Of a stretch of 64,000 bases of DNA, positions 19,517 to 28,936 are shown in pieces. Source of the stretch: an uncultured Chloroflexia bacterium (lineage in GTDB: Bacteria; Chloroflexota; Limnocylindria; Limnocylindrales; CSP1-4). Position numbers and translations under genes: made by a program. Below the pieces are notes generated by a model. It was not told where the DNA came from, searched no databases, and saw nothing but the letters and a program-made list of their open reading frames with translations. How positions within the stretch are numbered: the first letter of the stretch is position 1; each line of letters begins with the position of its first letter. Where the stretch lies: contig CAVYBU010000003.1 of NCBI GenBank assembly GCA_963766735.1, positions 256,001 to 320,000 of the forward strand, in the 5' to 3' direction.

Positions 19517-20950
19517 TCAACGCCCCGATCCAGGGCTGGCAGGGGGATCCTGGGTCGGCGCAGCCTCGAGCTCGCTCACCCGGGCCCGGGCTCCGGCGCG
19601 GCGATCCCGGTAGAAGGTCACCGGACCGCCGGCACGGCTCCCCTTCTGCTTCACCTTCTGGGCCTGCATGGCGCCGTCGGCCATGTCCCAGAGGACCTCG
19701 CGACTCGGAATGTCCGGCGACGGAGGGACGATGACGGCTCCGATCGAGACGCCGACGCTGACCGTGCCTCGTGATGTCGCGACGGGCTGGGTGACCGCGG
19801 TCTGGATGCGTCCGGCGACTCGAACGGCATCGCGACGGTCCACGAGACCCGTGAAGAACATCGCAAACTCGTCTCCGCCACGGCGGCTGACCAGGTCCGT
19901 CGCTCGCGGCACAGACCCAAGTCGCTTGCCGATCTGGGCCAGCACCTCGTCGCCGCCGATCTCGAGGAACCGCCGGTCCTTGTTGATGGCGCCGAACCCG
20001 ACGAGGTCCAGCGATAGCAGCAGTCCGCCCGGCGCAAGCCCCCGGCGGGACCGGTTGAGCAGGCTGTCCAGGTCGCGCTCGAAGGCCGACCGGAGGGGCA
20101 GGCCCGTCAGGGCGTCGATGGACAGATCTTCGGGCCAGACGAGCAGTACGCCGGTCGCGATGACCAGCGGAGCCCACCAGCCGATCGCAACGTACGCAAC
20201 CACGAGCAACCAGGCGAGACCCATCTCGGCCAGGTTGACCCGACCGAACAAGCGGATGAAGATGTCCGCCAGGGCGACCCGCGCGAGATGCTCGCGGAGC
20301 ATGATCGTGCCGGCGGCGATGCCGTTCGTGACGACCGCGAGAACGAGCGTCCCCAGCACGACGGCAACGAGGCGGGCAACCGGCAGATCGACGAGAGCTC
20401 CGGCGAGCACCCGGTCGACGGCGATCACCGTCAGGCCGCCGATCACGGCGCCCAGCGCCATGACGGCGTGGTTCGCCAGCGTGCCGTACCAGGGCTGCGA
20501 CTCCAGCTCGCGCCGCTCGATGGTGGCGACGAAGCCCACCCACGCGCCCGCGGTCGGGCCCCCCAGCACCATCGCGGCAGCCACGAACGGGAGGTGGAAC
20601 GTCCAGACGGCGGAGCTGCCCGGGATCGGCAGGACCCGGAGCGACCCGATCAGGCCGAAGGCGATCCACAGCAGCACGCCGCCGTTCGGGTCGCCGAGGA
20701 TGGTTCCCTTCAGGCCCGTGTCGATCGCGGGCAGGACGGGGACATTGAGCGTGGTCCAGGCCAGGGCGCCGATGCCGGCGACAATCGAGGCCGCGGTGTA
20801 GGCCAGCAGCAGGCTGCGGCGGTCCGCGATGCCACCTGCGCGACCACCGCCACGTCCGCCGGCGGGAGGGGGGGCCGGCCTGCCGGGGAGTGCGGGCGTC
20901 CTCGGCAGACGCAGGGATCCGATGCTCACGTCGAGCGTCTGGACGTCCAT
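19517..20950 (-). CDS. membrane-bound GGDEF-domain protein
   Basis: multi-TM N-terminus, DALTGLP, RRGGDEFA, VGVSIG, AD.AM..K. Confidence 0.88.
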   Translation of the reverse strand: MDVQTLDVSIGSLRLPRTPALPGRPAPPPAGGRGGGRAGGIADRRSLLLAYTAASIVAGIGALAWTTLNVPVLPAIDTGLKGTILGDPNGGVLLWIAFGLIGSLRVLPIPGSSAVWTFHLPFVAAAMVLGGPTAGAWVGFVATIERRELESQPWYGTLANHAVMALGAVIGGLTVIAVDRVLAGALVDLPVARLVAVVLGTLVLAVVTNGIAAGTIMLREHLARVALADIFIRLFGRVNLAEMGLAWLLVVAYVAIGWWAPLVIATGVLLVWPEDLSIDALTGLPLRSAFERDLDSLLNRSRRGLAPGGLLLSLDLVGFGAINKDRRFLEIGGDEVLAQIGKRLGSVPRATDLVSRRGGDEFAMFFTGLVDRRDAVRVAGRIQTAVTQPVATSRGTVSVGVSIGAVIVPPSPDIPSREVLWDMADGAMQAQKVKQKGSRAGGPVTFYRDRRAGARARVSELEAAPTQDPPASPGSGR

Positions 20951-21434
20951 CAGGGGGCACACCTGTGTACGACCGTGGTCGGATGGGGGACCGATCCGAT
21001 TTCTGCGAGCCTCCGCTCGCCACCAGGTCGCCGGCCGGGATGGGGGCGCATCTCGAGCTGCCGGACGTCTGTCGTCCCACCGGGCGGGTGAGGAGGCCTG
21101 CGTTGCGGCTGGTTCACCCCACCGCACTCATCCTCCCCGACACGACCGAAACGGGCAGGGACCCCACCGTACTTCCGGGCCCGCCATTAGTACCAATGGG
21201 TCTCCGGGGGCACGCCGATCAGGCCACCCGTCCGTGGTCAGGATGCCGGAGTGCCAGCCCGGCCCGGGCTCGCGAGAGCGGGTTCGCGGGACGGAGTGCG
21301 GGCACGGGTATACTGCTCGGGCTCGCACGCCCCGTCTTCGTGTGCGGCCCCACAGACGCACCACCCCGCGGCGTCAGCCGCCCCGCGCCCGCCCCCGCGG
21401 CGTCGGCCCCCGCAGCAAGGATCTGCTCGCTCTG

Positions 21435-22493
<1,059 letters not shown>

Positions 22494-22559
22494 TCGCCGG
22501 TCCGGAGCCCGCCGCCCGCCGGCGGTGCGCCCCGGCCGCCGGCTCCAGGAGCCAGTGCC

Positions 22560-23531
22560 ATGACCACGCTCCTCGCCAACCGACAGGCCCGACGCCGGGG
22601 GATCGCGTTCACCGTCCTGATCGCGCTCACGCTCCTGATGATGGCGTTCTCCTCCAACCCGTTCGTCAAGGAGGCGCAGAGCGGCCTCTTCTTCGCGCTC
22701 CGCCCGTTCCAGGGTGCCCTGGCGTCGGTCGCTGAGGGCATCTCCAGCGTGGCAGCCGCGGTGTCCGAGATCGACGCGCTCCGCTTCGACAACGGTGCCC
22801 TGCGGGACGAGAACGAGCGCCTGGCCAACGAGAACGCCCGCCTCCGTGGGGCCAGGGTGGAGAACGACCAGCTGACGGCCCTCCTCCAGCTGCAGAGCGG
22901 TCTCGAGCACGAGACCGTGGCGGTGCGGGTCATTGGCCGCGAGATGCTCGAGACACGTCGGCTGATCACCCTGGACAAGGGGACGGATGACGGCATTGCA
23001 CAGGGGGATGTCGTCATCGTCCAGGGCGGCGCCCTCGCGGGGCGGGTGACGGATGTGGGGCCGACCTTCGCCAAGGTGATCCTCATCAGCGACAGCTCGT
23101 CCACCGTGATCGGTCAGCTGCTGGGTTCCGGGGCGACCGGCGAGATCGTCGGCCAGGCCGGCGACGTGCTGATCATGCGGAACATCGATTCCGCCGTGCA
23201 GATCGGCGTGGACGAGGAGGTCTTCACGGCCGGGATCGAGCTGGTCGGCGGGATCCGCTCGCCCTACCCGAGAGGGCTGATCGTGGGCACCGTGGTGGAC
23301 CTGCAGCGTGACGCGAATGACGTCGTCCAGACCGCGTACCTGGCACCGGCCGCGAACCTCGACTCGTTCGAGCTGGCCCTCGTGATCACCGACTACGAGG
23401 GCGGGCTGCCGGCGGCTGACGATCAGCCGGTCCCGTGCGGCGAGGACGGGACGCTGCCCGAGGGCGAGGTCCCGTGCTACACGCCCACGCCGCCCCCGTC
23501 GCCGACGCTGCGGCCGACGGCCAAGCCCTAG
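22560..23531 (+). CDS. mreC: rod shape-determining protein MreC
   Basis: N-terminal TM, coiled coil, ITLDKGTDDGI, YPRGLIVG; follows mreB. Confidence 0.93.
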   Translation: MTTLLANRQARRRGIAFTVLIALTLLMMAFSSNPFVKEAQSGLFFALRPFQGALASVAEGISSVAAAVSEIDALRFDNGALRDENERLANENARLRGARVENDQLTALLQLQSGLEHETVAVRVIGREMLETRRLITLDKGTDDGIAQGDVVIVQGGALAGRVTDVGPTFAKVILISDSSSTVIGQLLGSGATGEIVGQAGDVLIMRNIDSAVQIGVDEEVFTAGIELVGGIRSPYPRGLIVGTVVDLQRDANDVVQTAYLAPAANLDSFELALVITDYEGGLPAADDQPVPCGEDGTLPEGEVPCYTPTPPPSPTLRPTAKP

Positions 23532-23598
23532 GCGGGGTTCCGGCGGCCCGGCACGCCAGCACGCCGGCACGGACCGGCCGCCTGCTACTCTCACGCCG

Positions 23599-24369
23599 AT
23601 GAAGGGCCTCGTACTTGCCGGCGGCACGGCCACGCGCCTGTTTCCGCTCACCATCGTCACCAACAAGCACCTGCTGCCGATCTACGACCGGCCGATGATC
23701 TACTACCCGCTTGACACCCTGGCGGGCATGGGGATTCGCGAAACGATGGTGATCGTCGGCGGCAAGAGCGTGGGCGACATCGTGGAGCTGCTCGGCGACG
23801 GGCGCCATTTCGGGCTGGACCTCACCTACCGCTACCAGAGAGGCGCGCTGGGGATCGCGCACGCGATCGGCTTGGCCCGGGACTTCATCGGGGACGACTC
23901 GTTCTGCGTGGTGCTGGGCGACAACATCCTCCGCGGCCCCGCTCTCGCCGAGACCGCCCAGGCCTTCGACGCGGGGCCGTGGGGCGCCGGCACCCTCCTC
24001 TACCGGGTCCCGGACCCCCGGCAGTTCGGTGTGGCGGAGCTGGATGCGGATGGCAAGGTGGTTGCGTTCGAGGAGAAGCCCGAGCAGCCCAAGAGCGACC
24101 TGATCCCGATCGGCGTCTACTTCCTGCGACCCGATGCGTTCGACGTCATCGAGACCCTTGCCCCCTCCGGGCGCGGCGAGTTCGAGATCACCGACGTCCT
24201 GAACCACTACATTCCGGGCGGCGGCCTGTTCGCGCCGGTCTACGAGGGCCACTGGGCGGACGCCGGCACCGTGCCGTCGCTGCTGCGTGCCGCCGAGCTG
24301 TCGGAGGCCGACGACCGGGCGGGCAAGCTCGGGGCTCCGCCCCCGCACCCGCAGAACGACTCCAAGTGA
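23599..24369 (+). CDS. rmlA: glucose-1-phosphate thymidylyltransferase (RmlA/SpsI-like)
   Basis: GLVLAGGTATRLFPLT..NKHLLPIYDRPMIYYP, EEKP, RGEFEITD. Confidence 0.9.
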   Translation: MKGLVLAGGTATRLFPLTIVTNKHLLPIYDRPMIYYPLDTLAGMGIRETMVIVGGKSVGDIVELLGDGRHFGLDLTYRYQRGALGIAHAIGLARDFIGDDSFCVVLGDNILRGPALAETAQAFDAGPWGAGTLLYRVPDPRQFGVAELDADGKVVAFEEKPEQPKSDLIPIGVYFLRPDAFDVIETLAPSGRGEFEITDVLNHYIPGGGLFAPVYEGHWADAGTVPSLLRAAELSEADDRAGKLGAPPPHPQNDSK

Positions 24370-25493
24370 CGCCCGATCCCTTCGCCCCCGGCGCTCACCT
24401 CCTGGTCACCGGCGGCGCGGGCTTCATTGGCAGCGAGCTGGTCAGGACGATCCTCGCGCGCCGGGACGGCACCCGCATCACGGTTCTCGACAAGCTCACC
24501 TACGCGGGCAACCTCGCGAACCTCGCGGCCGTCGAGCAGGACCCGGAACAGGCGTCCCGTTTCAGCTTCGTCCTGGGTGACATCGCGGATCCGGCAGCCG
24601 TGGCCCCGCTGGCCGAGCGAGCGGACGCCGTCCTGAACGTGGCCGCCGAGACGCACGTCGACCGCTCCATCCTGGACCCGGAGGCGTTCCTCCGTACCGG
24701 CGTCATCGGCGTGCACGTGCTGCTCGAGGCGGTCCTGCGCGAGGCGAACCGTGCCCGCGCCGGCGAGCGCCGGACCGCCCCTCGCTTCCTCCAGGTGAGC
24801 ACGGACGAGGTCTACGGCGACATACCCGACGGCCGCAGCACGGAGACGGACGGTCTCGCCCCGCGCAGCCCCTACGCCGCCGCCAAGGCCGCAGGCGAGC
24901 TGCTGGTCCGCGCCTACCACGTCACGTACGGGCTCGACGTCGTCATCACGCGCGGCTCCAACACGTACGGTCCGCACCAGCACCCCGAGAAGCTCATCCC
25001 GCTGTTCACGACGAACGCCCTCGCGGGCGAGCGCCTGCCCATGTACGGCGACGGAATGCAGATCCGCGACTGGCTCCACGTGGCGGACCATGCCGCGGCA
25101 ATCGAGTTCGTCCTGCGGCACGGAGTCTCGGGCGAGGCCTACAACGTCGCCGGTGGCACGGAGCTCCCCAACCGCGAGGTGATCGGCCGGCTGCTGGCCG
25201 CTGCCGGTCGTGACTGGTCCCTGGTGCGAACTGTCCCGGACCGTCCGGGCCACGACCGCCGGTACGCGATGGACGGGGAGAAGCTGGCGGCGCTCGGCTG
25301 GCAGCCGCGCATGGCGTTCGACGAGGGGCTGCCGGCAACGGTCGCCTGGTACCGCGATCACCCGGATTGGGTTGCGAGTGCCCGAAGCGGCGACTGGGAC
25401 AGCTACTACGCGCGCCAGTACGGCGATCGGCTGGCCGCGGGCCGGGCCATCGCGGCGATCGACGACGACTCAGGCTCCGGCGGGGCCGGCTGA
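24366..25493 (+). CDS. rmlB: dTDP-glucose 4,6-dehydratase
   Basis: VTGGAGFIG, DKLTYAGN, AAETHVDRSI, STDEVYG, YAAAK, DRPGHDRRY. Confidence 0.95.
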   Translation: MTPDPFAPGAHLLVTGGAGFIGSELVRTILARRDGTRITVLDKLTYAGNLANLAAVEQDPEQASRFSFVLGDIADPAAVAPLAERADAVLNVAAETHVDRSILDPEAFLRTGVIGVHVLLEAVLREANRARAGERRTAPRFLQVSTDEVYGDIPDGRSTETDGLAPRSPYAAAKAAGELLVRAYHVTYGLDVVITRGSNTYGPHQHPEKLIPLFTTNALAGERLPMYGDGMQIRDWLHVADHAAAIEFVLRHGVSGEAYNVAGGTELPNREVIGRLLAAAGRDWSLVRTVPDRPGHDRRYAMDGEKLAALGWQPRMAFDEGLPATVAWYRDHPDWVASARSGDWDSYYARQYGDRLAAGRAIAAIDDDSGSGGAG

Positions 25494-25496
25494 CCG

Positions 25497-26426
25497 ATGC
25501 GCGTTGCGGTCATCGGCGTGATCGGGCGGCTGGGGCGCGCGCTGGTGGGGGCGCTCGAGGACGCGCCCTTCACCGGAACGCGCGGTCCGATCGGGTGGGA
25601 CCAGCCGGAGGTCGAGCTCGACACGTTGACGGAGACGTCGGTTGGCGCTCTGCTCGACGCCGAGCGGCCCGAGGTCGTGATCCATACCGCCGCCTGGACC
25701 GACGTGGACGGGTGCGCGCGCGACCCAGGGCTTGCCATGCGCCGCAACGGGACGGCCGTTGGCGAGCTGGCCGCCGCCTGCGCACGGCGCGGCATCGACC
25801 TGGTGATCATCTCGACCAACGAGGTCTTCGACGGCCGTCGAACCGACGGCATCGGCTACGCGCCCGATGACCGTCGGAACCCGATCAACCCGTACGGCGC
25901 CGCCAAGGCTGAGGCCGAGCGGCTGGCGAGGGCGGCATTCGAGGCCGACGGTGCCCGTGGACGACTCGGCATCGTGCGGACGTCCTGGCTGTACGGCCCG
26001 CCCGGCAACGACTTCCCGGCCAAGATCGCGGACGCCGCTCTCCGGGCACGTGCCACCGGGGCACCGCTGCAGGTGGTCGGCGACGAGATCGGCTGTCCGA
26101 CCTACACTCCGGATCTCGCCGAGGCGATCGTCGAGCTGATCGCGGAGGACGGGATCGCCGGGGCACCGGCACGCACGGCGATCCACCATCTCGTGAACGC
26201 CGGCCGCGCGTCGCGCGCGGACTGGGCCCGCGAGATCCTCCGCGTGACCGGGATCGACACCGAGGTCGTGGACGTCCCGGGCTCCACCTGGCAGCGCGCC
26301 TCAGTGCCGCCGTCCTGGGCCGTCCTGGAGCCCACGCCGCTCCCCTCGGGCGAGCCCATGCGCCATTGGCGCGAAGCCTTCGCAGACGCGGCCCCCACCC
26401 TTGTCCGGAGCCTCCGCGAGTCCTGA
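25497..26426 (+). CDS. rmlD: dTDP-4-dehydrorhamnose reductase
   Basis: HTAAWTDVDGC, ISTNEVFDG, NPYGAAK, RTSWLYG, GCPTY. Confidence 0.9.
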   Translation: MRVAVIGVIGRLGRALVGALEDAPFTGTRGPIGWDQPEVELDTLTETSVGALLDAERPEVVIHTAAWTDVDGCARDPGLAMRRNGTAVGELAAACARRGIDLVIISTNEVFDGRRTDGIGYAPDDRRNPINPYGAAKAEAERLARAAFEADGARGRLGIVRTSWLYGPPGNDFPAKIADAALRARATGAPLQVVGDEIGCPTYTPDLAEAIVELIAEDGIAGAPARTAIHHLVNAGRASRADWAREILRVTGIDTEVVDVPGSTWQRASVPPSWAVLEPTPLPSGEPMRHWREAFADAAPTLVRSLRES

Positions 26427-26449
26427 CCCGTGTCGCGTGGTGCACCGCT

Positions 26450-26489
26450 GCAACTCCACCGGACAGCACCGGCCCATACTGGACCGCAC
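26450..26489. repeat. degenerate 5-bp periodic tract (NNNAC x8)
   Basis: gcaac tccac cggac agcac cggcc catac tggac cgcac. Confidence 0.55.
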
Positions 26490-26629
26490 ACGAGGGGACC
26501 ATAGGACCATCGTGCGCGGGACCATCCCGCGATGTGTTTGGTGGGCGCGGGCGTACAGGCTGACGGGGCATTCATCCGGTGTTCCCGTGTTTCCTGCGGG
26601 ACGTGCCGATCCGACGGGAGCTCAATCCA

Positions 26630-28612
26630 TTGCGCAAGCTGGCCCTCATCGTCGCCGCCGTCCTCCTCGCCGGGCTCGGCCTGGTAGCCCCGGCCACCGC
26701 CCCTGCCGCCTCGGCCGCCACCGGCCCCAAGGTCGCGATCATCGTGGGCGCGACTCATAGCGCCACCGCGCAGTACCGGTCATATGCGGACCAGATCTAC
26801 GCCGAGGCGATCAAGTACACGCCCAACATCATCAAGGTCTACAGCCCAAACGCGACCTGGACCAAGGTCAAGGCCGCGGTCGACGGTGCCTCGATCATCG
26901 TGTACCTCGGACATGGCAACGGATGGCCAAGCCCCTACACGTACGACCCGAACTACACGACCAAGGATGGCTTCGGGCTCAACTACGACGTCAACAAGGA
27001 CGGCAAGCTGAGCGACAACGAGCTCAAGTACTACGGCGAGCCGAAGATCGAGACGCTGACCCCGGCCCCGAACGCCGTCGTCCTCCTGTTCCACCTGTGC
27101 TACGCCTCGGGCAACCCCGAGTCGGGCCCGGAGTCCGACATCACCAAGGCGCAGCAGCGCGTGGACAACTACGCCGCAGCGTTCATCAAGGCGGGCGCGC
27201 GTGCCGTGATCGCGAACGGGCACAGTCATGACCCGTACTACATCCGCGCGCTGTTCACGACCAACCAGACCATCGACGAGTACTGGCGCAACGCCCCGGA
27301 TGCCAACGACAACGTCGCGACCTACGCGTCGGTCCGCAACCCCGGCTCCACGTTCCAGATGGACCCGGAGCGCACGGGTTACTACTACCGGTCCGTCGCC
27401 GGCGACATGGCGCTCACGACCGAGCAGGTCACCGGCGCCAGCGCGTGGAGCATCCCCGCCGATCCGGCGACGTTCGTTCTCCCGAATGCCGAGATCCCGC
27501 TGGCCCGGCTGCTCGACACCCGGGTCGACAACGGCCTGTCGGGCGCGTTCAAGTCCGGGGTCGCCCGCACCTTCCAGGTCGCGGGCCGGGGCGGGGTGCC
27601 CGAGGACGCGGTCGCCGTGACCGGCAACCTCACGGTCACCCGCCAGACGAGCTCGGGCTACATCTCGCTCACCCCGGTCCCCACCAACAGCCCCAAGACC
27701 TCCACCCTCAACTTCCCGCTCACCGACACCCGTGCCAACGGGATCACGGTCCCGCTCGGCGCGGACGGCACCCTCTCGGCCACGTTCAAGGGGGCGTCGG
27801 GCGCCACCACCGCGCTCGTGTTCGACGTCACCGGCTACTTCCTGGCCGGCACGGACGGCGCCAGCTACGTCCCCCTGTCACCGTCCCGGCTGCTCGACAC
27901 CCGGGTCGACAACGGCCTGTCGGGCGCGTTCAAGTCCGGGGTCGCCCGCACCTTCCAGGTCGCGGGCCGGGGCGGGGTGCCCGAGGACGCGGTCGCCGTG
28001 ACCGGCAACCTCACGGTCACCCGCCAGACGAGCTCGGGCTACATCTCGCTCACCCCGGTCCCCACCAACAGCCCCAAGACCTCCACCCTCAACTTCCCGC
28101 TCACCGACACCCGTGCCAACGGGATCACGGTCCCGCTCGGCGCGGACGGCACCCTCTCGGCCACGTTCAAGGGGGCGTCGGGGGCCACCACCGCGCTCGT
28201 GTTCGACGTCACCGGCTACTTCCTGGCCGGCACGGACGGCGCCAGCTACGTCCCCCTGTCACCGTCCCGGCTGCTCGACACCCGGGTCGACAACGGCCTG
28301 TCGGGCGCGTTCAAGTCCGGGGTCGCCCGCACCTTCCAGGTCGCGGGCCGGGGCGGGGTGCCCGAGGACGCGGTCGCCGTGACCGGCAACCTCACGGTCA
28401 CCCGCCAGACGAGCTCGGGCTACATCTCGCTCACCCCGGTCCCCACCAACAGCCCCAAGACCTCCACCCTCAACTTCCCGCTCACCGACACCCGTGCCAA
28501 CGGGATCACGGTCCCGCTCGGCGCGGACGGCACCCTCTCGGCCACGTTCAAGGGGGCGTCGGGCGCCACCACCGCGCTCGTGTTCGACGTCACCGGCTAC
28601 TTCCTGCCCTGA
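26630..28612 (+). CDS. secreted/surface protein: N-terminal alpha/beta domain plus three 127-aa C-terminal repeats
   Basis: GGGAG RBS, TTG start, signal peptide, YLGHGNG...FHLCYA motif, repeats RLLDTR...FDVTGYF. Confidence 0.88.
   Translation: MRKLALIVAAVLLAGLGLVAPATAPAASAATGPKVAIIVGATHSATAQYRSYADQIYAEAIKYTPNIIKVYSPNATWTKVKAAVDGASIIVYLGHGNGWPSPYTYDPNYTTKDGFGLNYDVNKDGKLSDNELKYYGEPKIETLTPAPNAVVLLFHLCYASGNPESGPESDITKAQQRVDNYAAAFIKAGARAVIANGHSHDPYYIRALFTTNQTIDEYWRNAPDANDNVATYASVRNPGSTFQMDPERTGYYYRSVAGDMALTTEQVTGASAWSIPADPATFVLPNAEIPLARLLDTRVDNGLSGAFKSGVARTFQVAGRGGVPEDAVAVTGNLTVTRQTSSGYISLTPVPTNSPKTSTLNFPLTDTRANGITVPLGADGTLSATFKGASGATTALVFDVTGYFLAGTDGASYVPLSPSRLLDTRVDNGLSGAFKSGVARTFQVAGRGGVPEDAVAVTGNLTVTRQTSSGYISLTPVPTNSPKTSTLNFPLTDTRANGITVPLGADGTLSATFKGASGATTALVFDVTGYFLAGTDGASYVPLSPSRLLDTRVDNGLSGAFKSGVARTFQVAGRGGVPEDAVAVTGNLTVTRQTSSGYISLTPVPTNSPKTSTLNFPLTDTRANGITVPLGADGTLSATFKGASGATTALVFDVTGYFLP
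27504..28606 (+). repeat. tandem intragenic repeat, 381-bp period, ~3 copies
   Basis: copies begin at 27504, 27885, 28266; only one difference seen (28183). Confidence 0.97.
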
Positions 28613-28685
28613 CACCCCCGGGTGCCATCATCGACCGCCTCCTGGCCGGCCGGCCAGGAGGGTTGAGTCCGGTCCTGCCGACGAG

Positions 28686-28755
28686 GACACCCGACCGGTC
28701 GCGACCGCACTCCGCCACCCACCACGGCACCAGACTGCCCCACACCCCACCGTAC
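28686..28755. repeat. degenerate 5-bp periodic tract (NNNAC x14)
   Basis: gacac ccgac cggtc gcgac cgcac tccgc caccc accac ggcac cagac tgccc cacac cccac cgtac. Confidence 0.6.
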
Positions 28756-28936
28756 CGGGTACCCCGGGACCATGGTCCACTTGGCTATGGTGACTCGCAA
28801 GGGCTAGTCTCAGGTCGTCGTCAGGACTAGGCTTCTGGTCCTGGCAGGCAGCTCCCGTCGAGGCGTGGAGCTGGCAAGCACCCATCGGGCTCCCACCAGG
28901 CAGTCGGATGGACATCCCTCGCCGCTGAGGAAGACT

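Noticed and set aside
28896-28936. cagtcggatggaca...gaggaaga as the start of RNase P RNA
   Set aside because: Lacks GAGGAAAGTCC and the downstream conserved elements; GAGGAAG serves as the RBS
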